This document shows positions 12,354-23,625 of a stretch of DNA of 64,000 bases, one piece after another; within the stretch, counting starts at the first letter, position 1; each line of letters opens with the position of its first letter. The stretch is from the NCBI GenBank assembly GCA_023515725.1, contig JALDTO010000266.1, positions 1,445,607 to 1,509,606 on the forward strand, in the 5' to 3' direction. The notes under the pieces were generated by a model. That model was not told where the DNA came from and did not search any database. It saw only the letters and a program-made list of their open reading frames with translations. A program made the translations under genes and the position numbers. This stretch comes from Amoeboaphelidium protococcarum X5. Lineage: Eukaryota; Fungi; Aphelidiomycota.

Positions 12354-14906
12354 ATGACAGTGTTTAATAAGGCTTTAACCTGTGCATGGCTGTTAACCGT
12401 TTCCTAGTTTACTCGTGCTGCTGTGCCTGTCATTGGTGGCGGGTCAACATTTCAGACTGATATTCAGATCATCTTTAATGATTATTATGCTTTCTCTTTG
12501 AATTCCACGGGTGTGGTGAGTTACAATTCTACTGGAAGTTCAGCGGGACTTAGTTAGACTATTGCTGGACTGTACATGTTTGGTGGTTCTGATTTCCGTC
12601 CTCCCGTTGGTTCAACTGTGCAGGCTATCCCTATCTACGCTGGTGGTGTGTCTGTGGTTTACAACGTCCCTGAGTTGTAATCTGCAAATATAAACTTGAG
12701 GCTATCTCGCAGTGCTCTGGTTGGTATTTTTAGTGGTCAGGTCAAAAAATGGAATGATCCTTTGATTGTGGCTGCTAATCCTTTGGCGACCTCTATACTG
12801 CCTAATTAGAACATCACAATCGTTCGTCGTTCTGATGGTAGTGGTACGACTTTTGCCTTCACATCAGGTCTATCATCAGTCGATAGTACAACATGGGTAT
12901 ATGGTGGAAACACAGTGTTCAACTGGACTTGGGCATAGAATATTGCCGCTGCTGGTAGTTCTGGTGTGGCTAAGAATGTTCTCGGATTGAGGTACAGTAT
13001 TGGATATGTCGATTCTTACATTGCCACTGATTATCAGATCTAGTCGGCCTCCATATAGAACAAGAAGCTGGAATACATTGAGCCGTCCTCTCAGTCCATT
13101 AATGCTGGCTTTCAGCGTATCTAAGGCGCCAATTTCGATATCCAAGACTTTATTGATGTGGATGAGACTGGTGCGTACCCGTTTGTTGTGTTTACGTACA
13201 ATCTTTTGAATGATAATATGAAGCAATTCTTCTCTATCACTCAGGTGCGTGAGACGTTGAAGTATCTGTATTGGTGTTTGACTGATAACTTTGCCACCAA
13301 CTCTCTGCTTGCCAATACTCTGATTCCTGTCCAATAGAATATTAGAGATGTTAATTTGAATTTGCTCAAGACGTACAAGTATGGTGATGTTTAAGTCTTT
13401 GGTTAATCTCCGTGTGACGCTCCCAACTAGTGCAAGAATGGTGGTTAGTGCAGTGTTATCTACCCGTTCACTGATCCTGTGGTGAAGTGCAAGTGTAATG
13501 CTTTGTTCACCAATGTCATTAATAGCGATTGTTCAGAGCTCTCTCCAGGAGAATTTGTCGATCTTCCTTAATTACCTGCAGTCTTGATGACCATATTCGC
13601 TCTGGCTGGCATTTTGTACACCATAGTCATGGGTCTCATGCTGGTCACCAGAGCTGATCATCCTGTGGTGAAAGCCATGAGCCCATTCTTTTGCTTCTGG
13701 ATTCTCGCTGGCTGTATTTTGAGTTATGTCTCTGTGTTCCTGTTCATCGGAGAGCCTAACAATTTTACTTGTGGTGCACGTCCTTGGTTCCTCTCGACTG
13801 CATTTGGTGCCGTGTTTGGTATGCTTGCTGCAAAGACGTGGCGTATTTACTCCATTTTTGGTAATGTTAAGCGTATGGAGGAGAGTCTTACCAACTTGAA
13901 TCTGTTCATTCGCTTCGGAGGTGTCGTGCTGAGCAGTGAATGGCTATTGGCGATCATCTGGTCCGGTGCGGGTATCTTGTAGCCTTACAACACATTCGCT
14001 GAGAACGGACTTAGCGTGGCTAGAACTTGTGCGTCTCTGAATGGAGATTTGTAGACGGCCATGTCTGTCTTATTTTATCTCTCTAATGCAGCCTTGTTGG
14101 CGTTCTGCATTTATCTTGCTTACAAGACGCGTAGTTATCAGTATCAGTACAATGAGAATCGTGAAATATCTCTAACATTGTCCTTGATCACGTTCCAACT
14201 GGTGATTGGTATCCCTTTGACGTATGTTGTCGCTTTGGATCATGAAGCTGTTTTTGTCATTACAGCTGTGACTCTCACCCTGGTGCCGTTCACTGTGACT
14301 ACAGTCATGTTTGGACCAAAGTTTTACAGCCTTTACTTGGCCAAGTTCTTCAAGAAGGAGGGCGCTTATGATATTGGAAAGTCTACGTTTGGTGCTAGTG
14401 CTACAAATGCCTCCACTGCAACTGGAGGTGCAGCAGTGAGAAAGAGTACCGAAATTCTGCCATCTGGACTGTCTTTCTGGCATTGCAGTCTGAAGCGTAA
14501 TCGTATCGGTTCTCCGTGGTTTATGTGCACCATTGCCATTGTACCGGAGATTAATTGGATTGCGTTTGTCGACGATTGGGCCAATTCCTCCCCAAAAGTG
14601 TACGAAGTCTTCAAGTTTACCGATGTGAGTTTCTCTGATCAAGTGCCGAAAGGTCAGGACCCTGAGACAAGTACACTGCTGAAAGTGGGCGCTGTTGAAT
14701 ACATCATGGAAGTGAAGACTAAAGAGTACATGGCAAAGTTCAATAAAGTCTTATCTAAAGTTTAGCACGGCGCTGAAGCCAATGTCAAGATTAAGAATAC
14801 TGCCACTGGTGAGAGTGTCAAGCAGCCAGCAACTATTGATCGATCGGCCAAGATTGATAGAACTGCAACTGAGAAAAAGATGATTATTGAGTAGGATAAA
14901 CTATGA
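12354..14906 (+). CDS. Class C (7tm_3) GPCR with signal peptide, PstS-type phosphate-binding ectodomain, EGF-like module and cytoplasmic PH-like tail (copy 1, ~850 aa)
   Basis: Single frame. PstS motifs GGGSTF, STGSSAG, FGGSD, YNVP...IFSGQVKKWNDPLI..ANP, RSDGSGTT and IGYV. EGF CKNGGQC...CKC. Class C TM signature HPVVKAMSPFF...CGARPWFLSTAFGAVFGMLAAKTWRIYSIF and YKTR...YNENREI. Confidence 0.92.
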
Positions 14907-15162
14907 TGATGTATTAGGTCGCACTATGATACATAAAGGATGATAATAATTGATTACAGGTTTATAATAAAGTTTAAAGTTGATGATGATATCTGTCTCT
15001 TTTAATGTACTGTATGAACAAAAATGAAACTTCAACACATGGAAATCCTATTGCATCAAAATCTAAACTTTATCAACCTTTATTACCAATTTCATCAAGT
15101 AAACCAAATTCTTTCACCTCAGTCATTATTAATTTCATAGCGGGTTGATACATTCATGTTGT

Positions 15163-16845
15163 TCAATCAGCCAAAATAGACTTTATCTCGGCAGACTGCA
15201 TGAATCTGGGGTAACTAGCCTTTTGCATCAGCTGGAAAATGTGGTCATACGCATCACGCAGAACATTAATGTCAAGAGATGTTGGATTGGCCTCTGCGGT
15301 CTTAATGTCAGCCAGGATTGTATCACGCGTACCTGCTAGCAAATTCAACTCATTAGGACTTCCAATGGCGACAAAGTTGTAACAAATCTCTTTACACTTT
15401 ATGAAATACTCCGTGCGGTCCATAATAGACTCCAGCTCTTGACAAGCTAAGTAGAACTTCAAGTTCTCAGTTGAGTAATCCTTCTCCAAGAAGGTCATGA
15501 ACCACTTCAATCCAAGAGGATCCTGTAGAACATCACGCAACCCCAAATTCCACATACGCGCATGACTGAAAGAAGGAGTATCTGGCACAGGTACCTCGAC
15601 ATACTTCTCCGTCTCAGACTTATCCCATGGGTTGTTCTTGTGCAAGTCAGAGCGAACCAGCGGATCAAATCTAGAGTACATGTCAATACGCGTAATAAGA
15701 TTCTTGACCGCCGTGGAGGTTGGCAGACGATAGATGTTCAGACAGGCAGTAAGATTCTCCACCTACTTCTTAAGATAAGCCTCCACTTTGGCTTCATCTT
15801 TCAACTTCTTCTCATACTTCTCCGGGCTATAGCGGTGCTTCTTGATCTTGGTGATTGGCGTCTCCTCAATGTAAAGGCGACTGGCTTTCAGCGGTCTCTG
15901 CACCTTCCAGAAGGCAGCTTCACGCAATTCAAATAGCTTCTTCTCACCACGATCCAGCCTGCTAAAGTGAGCCTTCTGCTTGTCCTTCATCTCTCTGATG
16001 AGATCTTATTTGAACTCAACAGCCTGTCCCAGGGTGGCAAGGCGCTCCTTCTCCTCCGAGTTCAAGTTGGATTTACGCTTCAAGTACAGGTAGTAATCCA
16101 GATCAGAAGTGTCCCAGAAACGACTAGGATAAAAGAAGTCAGCCTGGTACGTGTACAAGGAGTCATCTTCACGATACACCTGCTGACTATCATCGACCGG
16201 GATGATGTAGCCGTTGTCAGTCATGTTTTAGATGATCAACTTGGCATCAGCCGGGTTCAGAGCATTCAGCTCCTTCAAGAACCACACGGCAATATCATAA
16301 CCAGTAGCGCACAGTGGCTGAACATTAAGCAGTCCTTTGATGTCCTTAAAGTGGACACCATCCACGGGATCGCGCAACTTACGCAGCAACTTTTCGTAAC
16401 GCTCAAAGCGGGCCTTGACAGCGAAAGATTACCAGCGAGGCGCCACAGACAGCAGCTTTGATTAAAGCAATGCCAGCTTGTAGTCCTTCTCCTCAACATA
16501 AATCTCCTTCTTACCCGAGACTGTAGTGTTGATAGATGTACCCGCATTTTTGCTATTCAACGACTCACTCGATATGCTGATCCTACTGCCTTTGGTACCA
16601 GAGAAAGCCTTACTGATGATGGAGGTCTGCCTGTTATTCTTGGATACGATGGACATGTTGTCATCAACGATGGTACTATCTCTTGTGGTTGATGTAATGA
16701 TATCTCCACCAAGAGATGGTTATGGCGATATACCAGAGCTGGCAGCAGATGCAGTCTTCTTGCGATAGTAAGATTGCTCCTATTGTTTCATAGCCAGCTT
16801 CTTCAGTGCAGCCTTAGTCTCTTACAAATCTTCGGTATCACTCAT
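15163..16845 (-). CDS. R7-family regulator of G-protein signalling (DEP-DHEX-GGL-RGS; RGS6/7/9/11-like)
   Basis: Continuous frame with TAR=Gln. DEP (LRDPVDGV...TGYDIAVWF...NGYIIP), DHEX (FFYPSRFW...DYYLYL...EAAFWKVQRP), GGL-like (RLPTSTAVKNL...FDPL...NPW) and RGS box (LQDPLGLKWFMTFLEKDYSTENLKFY...LMQKASYPRF). Confidence 0.9.
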
Positions 16846-17370
16846 TTTAGTATTGATTGTATTGCTAGTGGGTTTTAAAAACAATAAATTTAAATTTGGT
16901 CAGTATAAATAATTAACAGATTATACACCAACTTTAAATGAGAGGAAGGCTGTATAAGCGTTGCCTAGTTCAGTCAGTGGCGAGTAAAAGTTTCATGATG
17001 AAGCCATAAACAATAGCCAGTAAATGGTTTGGTATAAAAATAAACTCTGATGGAAACCTCACCAAGTTCCCACAGTTTATGCCGGTAACTATGTAGGATA
17101 AACTCGGTTCTTAGATGCAATACTATATGTATTATTATCTGGGGGCCACTAATGCGTGCGTACATTAAAATCCATACAGTGTGTTACATGTGTTACCATA
17201 TAACACGATTCCGTACTATACTATTTAGTCTCGGTATATTTTGGCAGAGGGGGCAACTGATTACGCAAAAGTCAGCTGTCAACAGGCCAACCTGAAACGA
17301 ATCTAAACTATGACGTATCTATCATTTTTAAAGCACCAAGATACCGTTTACAAGATGGAAATATGCATAA

Positions 17371-18592
17371 TAGTCCGTTTGAACAACATGTCAAAACCTC
17401 AAAAAGTATTATTAACCAAAGCTTATTAACGTTCAAAGAAAATGACTCCCGGTGAAATCGAGGTCATAGAACGTCTTAAAGCTAAGGATTATGGCTATAC
17501 AGTTATGGCCGACGCTGTAGGCCGGTCTGAAGCCTCTATCCGTTATTGCTTTAGCCGCAAAGCAGCATCTTAGCGACTTCCCCCCCCCCCAAAGAAACGA
17601 TTAGAAATCCGAATAGAGGACGTCGAATTAGTACTATTTCGAAGTTGGCTGCAGCCAGAAGTCCGCGTTCTTCAGTTAGATCGTTGAGAGGAAAGCTTGC
17701 GTAGGAAGTCGGTACTGATTAGCCTCTGCCGAGCACAACAAGCATATATAGGCGCCTCAAATCATCTGGGATAGCAAAAAGAGTCTGTCCGAAGAAACCT
17801 GCAATAGCTTTGGTGAATTAAAGTCGTCGAGTTGCGTGGTGTAAGCTAATGAAAGAGGCGCTTCGGAAGGACCCAAATTTGATCAAACGTTTGATCATAT
17901 CTGACGAGTCCACCGAACGTCAATTTCCAGTGCGAGGCAAAGTTATGGCTTGGGCACTCTCTAAACTTGCTAGAAAGAAGCTTCCCATAAATCCCCAACG
18001 TCAGTAGGGTGGTATATCAGTGATGTTCTTCGGCTCCATGAGTTGGCATGGATTTGGACCCTTGATTCCTCTGGAGGGCAACCAAAATGGATAATCCTAT
18101 ATAAAAACTATTGATAATGCGGTAATTCCCTATATTAAAAAGTTGAGAAAAGATCATGGTGTAAGACCAGTTTTTCAGCAAGATAATGCACGCTGTCATA
18201 CCGCGAAAATTGTGTAAGAGCACTTCAAAACGCAGCGCGTGACGCTTCTCTAGGATGAGCTCGGACCTGACGGAAAATGGCCTGCATCTAGTCCTGGCCT
18301 GTCCCCGATTGAAAATGCATGGGCTCATGTGAAGAGATTGCGTCGTGAGAGGTATCCTACGCCAAAAACCAGAGAAGAGCTCATAAATCAGTTCACCGCT
18401 GTATGGGAAGGTTTGACGGTATAATACGCTCGTAAGCTCATGGAATCACTTCCAAATCGTATAGAAGAGCGTATTAAAGCTAAAGGACAGACGATTGATT
18501 ATTGATATCTTATTTTTTGACGAAATTGTGACTATAATATTGATTGATTTGATCGCTCGCTTTCGTTTGTGACAAAAAAGTGAAACGGACTG
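17371..18592 (+). mobile_element. Tc1/IS630-superfamily DNA transposon
   Basis: Contains a transposase. Imperfect terminal inverted repeats: left tAGTCCGTTT..TGTCA at 17371; right TGACA..AAACGGACTG ending at 18592 and followed by TA. The left boundary is less certain. Confidence 0.7.
17442..18505 (+). pseudogene. Tc1-like transposase (DD42E), frameshifted at a poly-C run (~17580-17590)
   Basis: HTH-like N-terminus, then KKP...N...RVAWC, SDES, VFQQDNARCH and WPASSPGLSPIENAW. The C-terminus is MESLPNRIEERIKAKGQTIDY-TGA. Confidence 0.85.
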
Positions 18593-18674
18593 TATCATCA
18601 TAATTTATAACCACTTTATATCATCTTTTATTTAAATCTTCCACACCATCTTAATTAATGTAACCCTTAAAAAA

Positions 18675-21218
18675 TCAATTGTCGTCCACAACGCTGGAAC
18701 TGATGGATGACGATGCCTTGGTAGCAACGGCCTTGTTCAACTCCAAAGCAGTCTGCTGAATACGCGGGAAAAACTTTTTGAATCTAGCCATCATATCCTT
18801 GTTCTTACTCTCCAGTGAATACTCACCGGTTGGGTGCTTGATTACACAACTCTCAGGCGTGTCACCATCAGCCAACTAACACTCGGTCAATTTCAAAGAC
18901 TCGTACACTTTCAACTGGGAGCTGGTCATATCTTCAACGGCGGCGAACCAGTTCAACTCTGGAATCACAAAAATCACAGCTTACAACCATGCAGCACCTA
19001 AACGCTTCTTACGGATGGAAAACTGCCAGAAACTCAAACCAGACTGACTGACATCACCAAAATTCTTATTACCTGAATTCTCAGCCGTGGCTGTACGAGC
19101 AAAAATGGAGTTGGACATATCATAGGCCAAACTCTTTCTGAAGAAGCGGGCAAAATACAACTCATAAACCTTGGAGCCAAACATGATCGACGTGATGAAG
19201 AGTGGGCACAAGATAAGCAGCAAGCACGTAAGAATATTAATGGAGTTGTAATCCAGCGATGGCAAGTACACTAGCGGCAGACCTACAAGCAGTGGCAGAA
19301 TGGTGGTATAGATGGCGAAGGAGATCGACTTGGACTCATTAAACTTTTCACCAGCATATCTAGTCTGAAATGCGACATAAATACATGCACAAAGCAAGAT
19401 TGCGTTAAATACGTACAACAAAGCACTCATAGTGGACGCGACGGTAGCATTGCCAGAGACACAAGTCTTCACGACAAAATTGGACGCATTCAGCACCACG
19501 GTTGGCTTCAAAGGTGATGCGGCCACCCAGATGATGCTCAACAACAACTCGAGACCACAAATGACTGATCCGAAACGCAGCAATAGACTTGCATCAGATA
19601 ATGATTAATTCACACGACGCAGATTACCAAAAATAGTGTACACACGATAATTCTTCGCAGTCATCATACCAAACACCAAGCCAAATGCAATGGACAACCA
19701 AAATGGACGCGCATTACACATAAAATCGTTTGGCTCACCCAAGAATAAGAAAACTCCTGTATAACTAATGGTACAACCACCCAGAATCAGTAAACTAAAG
19801 GTTGGTGAAATGGCCTTGATCAATGGGTGATTTCTACGGAACACCAACATCATAGCAACCACACCATTATATATAATTCCGGATATGGCAAGAAACAGTA
19901 GGAAACCATTAATCGGCTCCTGGTAAGTAATAAACAGGGACGGCGTTAATTCGCTACAATCATTATTAAGATTATTGGTGTACAACTTTGGACAGCTACA
20001 TCTTATAGTAGCCGGAATGAATGGACTCGTCTTTACGGGACACACACCACCATTCTGGCACAGGCCATCAAAATCACAGACAGAGGTGCCATACAATGGT
20101 TTGGAATCACTGTACACAAACTACTGTAGTGTTGAGATAGCATTCTGCAAGTTGGCACTATCCAGCTGCACGTAAGAGAATCTAGAGATAACACGCTAAG
20201 CATACGTATCAGTGTAGGTCCAGTAAATGTAACGCATAACAGATCTAAACTGATCAACGTTATAGTATCTAGAGACATTCTTATTCAGAGCATAGAACGT
20301 GAACGTGGTGATAGGATACGAGCCACTGGCAGTAGAATCAACATTACCGAGCGTCTCATAGTTACCCTGAGCAGCGGCCAGAGCAATCTGAGCAGAAGTC
20401 TAGTTGGCCACAGTAAGCTCATTCTGTCTGTTATAAAGACGAGCGTAATCAATCTACTTTGTCGCAGCATCAGCCAAATCAAGATATCCAACAGAGTAAG
20501 CATTACCAATGATGTTCTAAACCACACCGATGGAACCAGCACCACGAGCAAAAGGTGTCAAACCAGCATTGCCCCAATTAGGAAGACCATTCACACCAAC
20601 TTTACTGCTCCACTCCGGAGACACCTTGGTCAGAAACTGAGTGAAAGCCGTTGTAGTTCCAGAACTATCATTACGCACAATGACTTTGATATCCTGATTG
20701 ACACTAGAAAGACTAGGATTGTTTGCCACTAAAGCAGGATCATTCCATCTAATTATTGTGCCATTAAATATCTTCACAACAGTCATGCGGTCCATGATGA
20801 GGGAACAACTCTGAGAGGAACATCCAATATCAGGCACATTATAAGTAATGACGATTGCAGAACCAAAGGTGGGTAGAGTGACAAAAGAGTTGGCAAACTC
20901 AGGTGCAATAACAGATGGCAGAGCATCAGTACTACCCCAAGCAGCACCACCATTCGCAGCTGTTCTCACACCAGATCCGGAACCAACTGCAGAATACTGA
21001 ATAGAAGTGTTGGCATAACTAAAAGGTAAACTGTTATATGACAGAGCCCAATCAAACTAAACTTGAGCCTGCAGCGTAGATCCAGCGCCTTAAAGACCTA
21101 CACAATACTCATTTAAAGGTTATTCGAAACAGCTATCTTATAAAATGTTCTATCAAAACTTACTTGCTTATATAAGAGTTGCATACAATGCGGCAAAAGC
21201 AAAGTTTGTTAGTATCAT
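18675..21218 (-). CDS. Class C GPCR with PstS-type ectodomain, EGF-like module and PH-like tail (copy 2, ~825 aa); intron 21098-21163
   Basis: Signal-peptide exon 21164-21218, then a GTAAGT...TAG intron. PstS motifs GAGSTL, VGSGSG, WGSTD, WNDPALVANNP and RNDSSGTT. EGF CQNGGVC...CSC. 7TM signature HPLIKAISP...CNARPFWLSIAFGLVFGMMTAKNYRVYTIF and FQTR...FNESKSI. Confidence 0.92.
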
Positions 21219-22169
21219 CTTTCAAACAATGTACTGAATGATCCAACAGGTAATAATTAATGATGATGACGATGATGATGATATATGTTTCAGCAGAGTC
21301 TAGTGATGGATGATAAGTGATAGACAATACGCTGATAAATCAAGCCTATATCAGAAATATAATATCAGAATACTCGCCAAGCAGCACTATTGGACAAGGT
21401 GATAGTTGTATATCTAATAAATGAGAAGGATGGGAAAGCCCATAAATCGATTGTTTGTTGTAGTTTGCCGTTCTCTCATGAGTTCTTACAATAATACGCA
21501 TAAGCTTTCTGCATAGCAACGGCGTAATCAGTTGTAAGAATGGTCTGGCAAGATGAAATTGGGGAGATTAGTTCTTACATCGTCGATACATTAATTGTCT
21601 CGCTTTTGCAGAAAAGACACTTTACAAATAATGTGACAAAGCAGGTGGAAAATGAACCAGCATTGTATGAAAAAAGATTGATCAAAATGAATATTAGCTC
21701 GATACGCAGTTGTAATGCAAGTCAGCAATGAATCACGCGTTCCTCAAAAGAGTTGAGCAGATAAAAAATCTGGATATAGTATTGAAAAAACACAGGCTAG
21801 TAAAGTACGAATACCATTCCGTGCCGGATAATGTTATATGAAGAAAGCGAACAGTGTCAATGAAACCTCGACGCAGTACCCGAACTATTTCTTCTGTGCT
21901 TGACTGCGACTTGTGAACCCATCTATCTCCTCTGTGTATGTTCATCGTAAACGCGCACAATCACTCTCTCGAACAAGCTGACGATTTCTCTCATCTCCGT
22001 CCGACCGTTCGTTCAGTCCGTTCGTTCGCCGATTTCTCTCTCCCTTTTTCTCGCCTTTGAAAAGGACGATATCTCTTTTTCTTACACTGTTCCGTCAGCC
22101 GATTTTTGTTAAATCTATACAAAAGATTGATACTCGGTGGCTAACACACACACTCTCTCTCTCTATAGA

Positions 22170-23468
22170 ATGCCGTCACCCGCAAAGCCTTGGGAATCTG
22201 CTGCTGTTTCCAATTAAATAGATAACTAGTAGTAAAGCTAATCCACAATGGTCGATTCGACTGCTGCTAATACCTCTGCTCCTCCATTGCCCGTACAAGA
22301 TTATTAAGATAGTGGCACTTATGGCACTCAGTCTTCCTTCTATAATAATAATAATAATAATAATAATCTGATGTCCAGGTACGGTGGTAACAATTATAGA
22401 TATGGATTGAATGGTGGATTCAATAGCAACATCTCGTCGTTTGGAGCAGCGGCGTATTCTCCTTATTCGTCACCTTACAATTCATCGTACTCCACGTCGT
22501 ATGGCCTCAATAGCTCTCCTTATGGCTCATATGGTTACGGAAATAGATATGGCGGTGGATATCCATACGGTATGGGAGGCTATAATCAGTAATAGAATAT
22601 GTTGTAATCTCAATAGGGTGGTCCTTCGAATCCTCTTATGGTCCTGGAGCACGCGGTGTAAATATTGTCCTCTGTGACGCACCTGCTAGATTCCACTATA
22701 ATGGCCACTCATAGCTCTTTCATGGGAGTTATTGGATTGATTGAACAGGTTGGTGTGCTCAAGTCTATTGTCGGAGGTGTAGTTGGCTTGAAGTGGTTAT
22801 CTACATTCATGGGATTGTCTTCTAGAGATTATTAGTCGCATGGTTAATCCACGATGAGGTCTGCATTAAGTGTTGATGAGTTTAATAATAGTAATAATAA
22901 TAGTGCTGGTGGTTTAAATTCATCATAGTAGATGCAATAAAGAAACAGTGCAAGGCGGAGTAGATTCTTTAGATCTAAATCATTCATGATTATGGTGGCA
23001 TTGGCTGTCATTTTTGTAATACCATGGCTGATGAAAAAGGTATAGAGGCGGAGATAATTGCAGTAGACTTAGTAGTAGGAGTAGTGTTCACTTGATAAGT
23101 CATAAACCACTGAATCTTCTAATAAGGTCAATAACACTTTGGATATAACGTTTCCTGATGGTGTTAGCACGGATGGTTAATAGATTGAATTTGCTAGATC
23201 ACTTTATGATTTTACGGCGCGTAATTAGAATGAGATTTCATTTAAAAAGGGAGATTTGATAGCTGTTACTTTCAAAGGCGGTGATAATAGTCAAGGCAGT
23301 ATTACGAGTTCATTGCAATAGAATACTGATTCTACTTGGTGGAGAGGCAAGAAACGCCAAGGACATATTGGATACTTTCCATCTAATTATGTGTCTCTTA
23401 TTGGAAAGTAGGTGGACATATCTGCTGATTAGTTTATCACTTAGTCGAAAGGTTAATAGGTGTAATGA
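22170..23468 (+). CDS. PEX13: Peroxisomal membrane protein Pex13
   Basis: N-terminal MPSPAKPWE, a Tyr/Gly-rich region, LLDSTIMATHSSFMGVIG, a TM segment and a C-terminal SH3 (FARSLYDF...EISFKKGD...WWRG...GYFPSNYV). Confidence 0.92.
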
Positions 23469-23625
23469 TAATTTACTTTAAGGTTGAAAAAAATGTGAAT
23501 ACACCAGCAAATAAATCATATTCAAAATTTATTATTAATGACTGTTATAGCTTCACTTTGATATATTGTGATCCCTGATCAACAATTATCACTTAGATCT
23601 TCCAACTAGAACAATGGTATATTTT

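Noticed and set aside
12354-13400. Bacterial contamination or a pst operon suggested by PstS
   Set aside because: PstS is in frame with EGF and 7TM domains, uses TAR=Gln, copy 2 has a spliceosomal intron, and no pstCAB genes are present.
14172-16768. Long antisense ORFs overlapping the GPCR1 and RGS genes (similar ones overlap CCT5 and the chitinase)
   Set aside because: They are shadow frames of real genes with no protein motifs.
22343-22367. (AAT)n and TAR-rich microsatellites
   Set aside because: They encode poly-Asn/poly-Gln tracts inside genes and are not independent repeats or CRISPR-like arrays.
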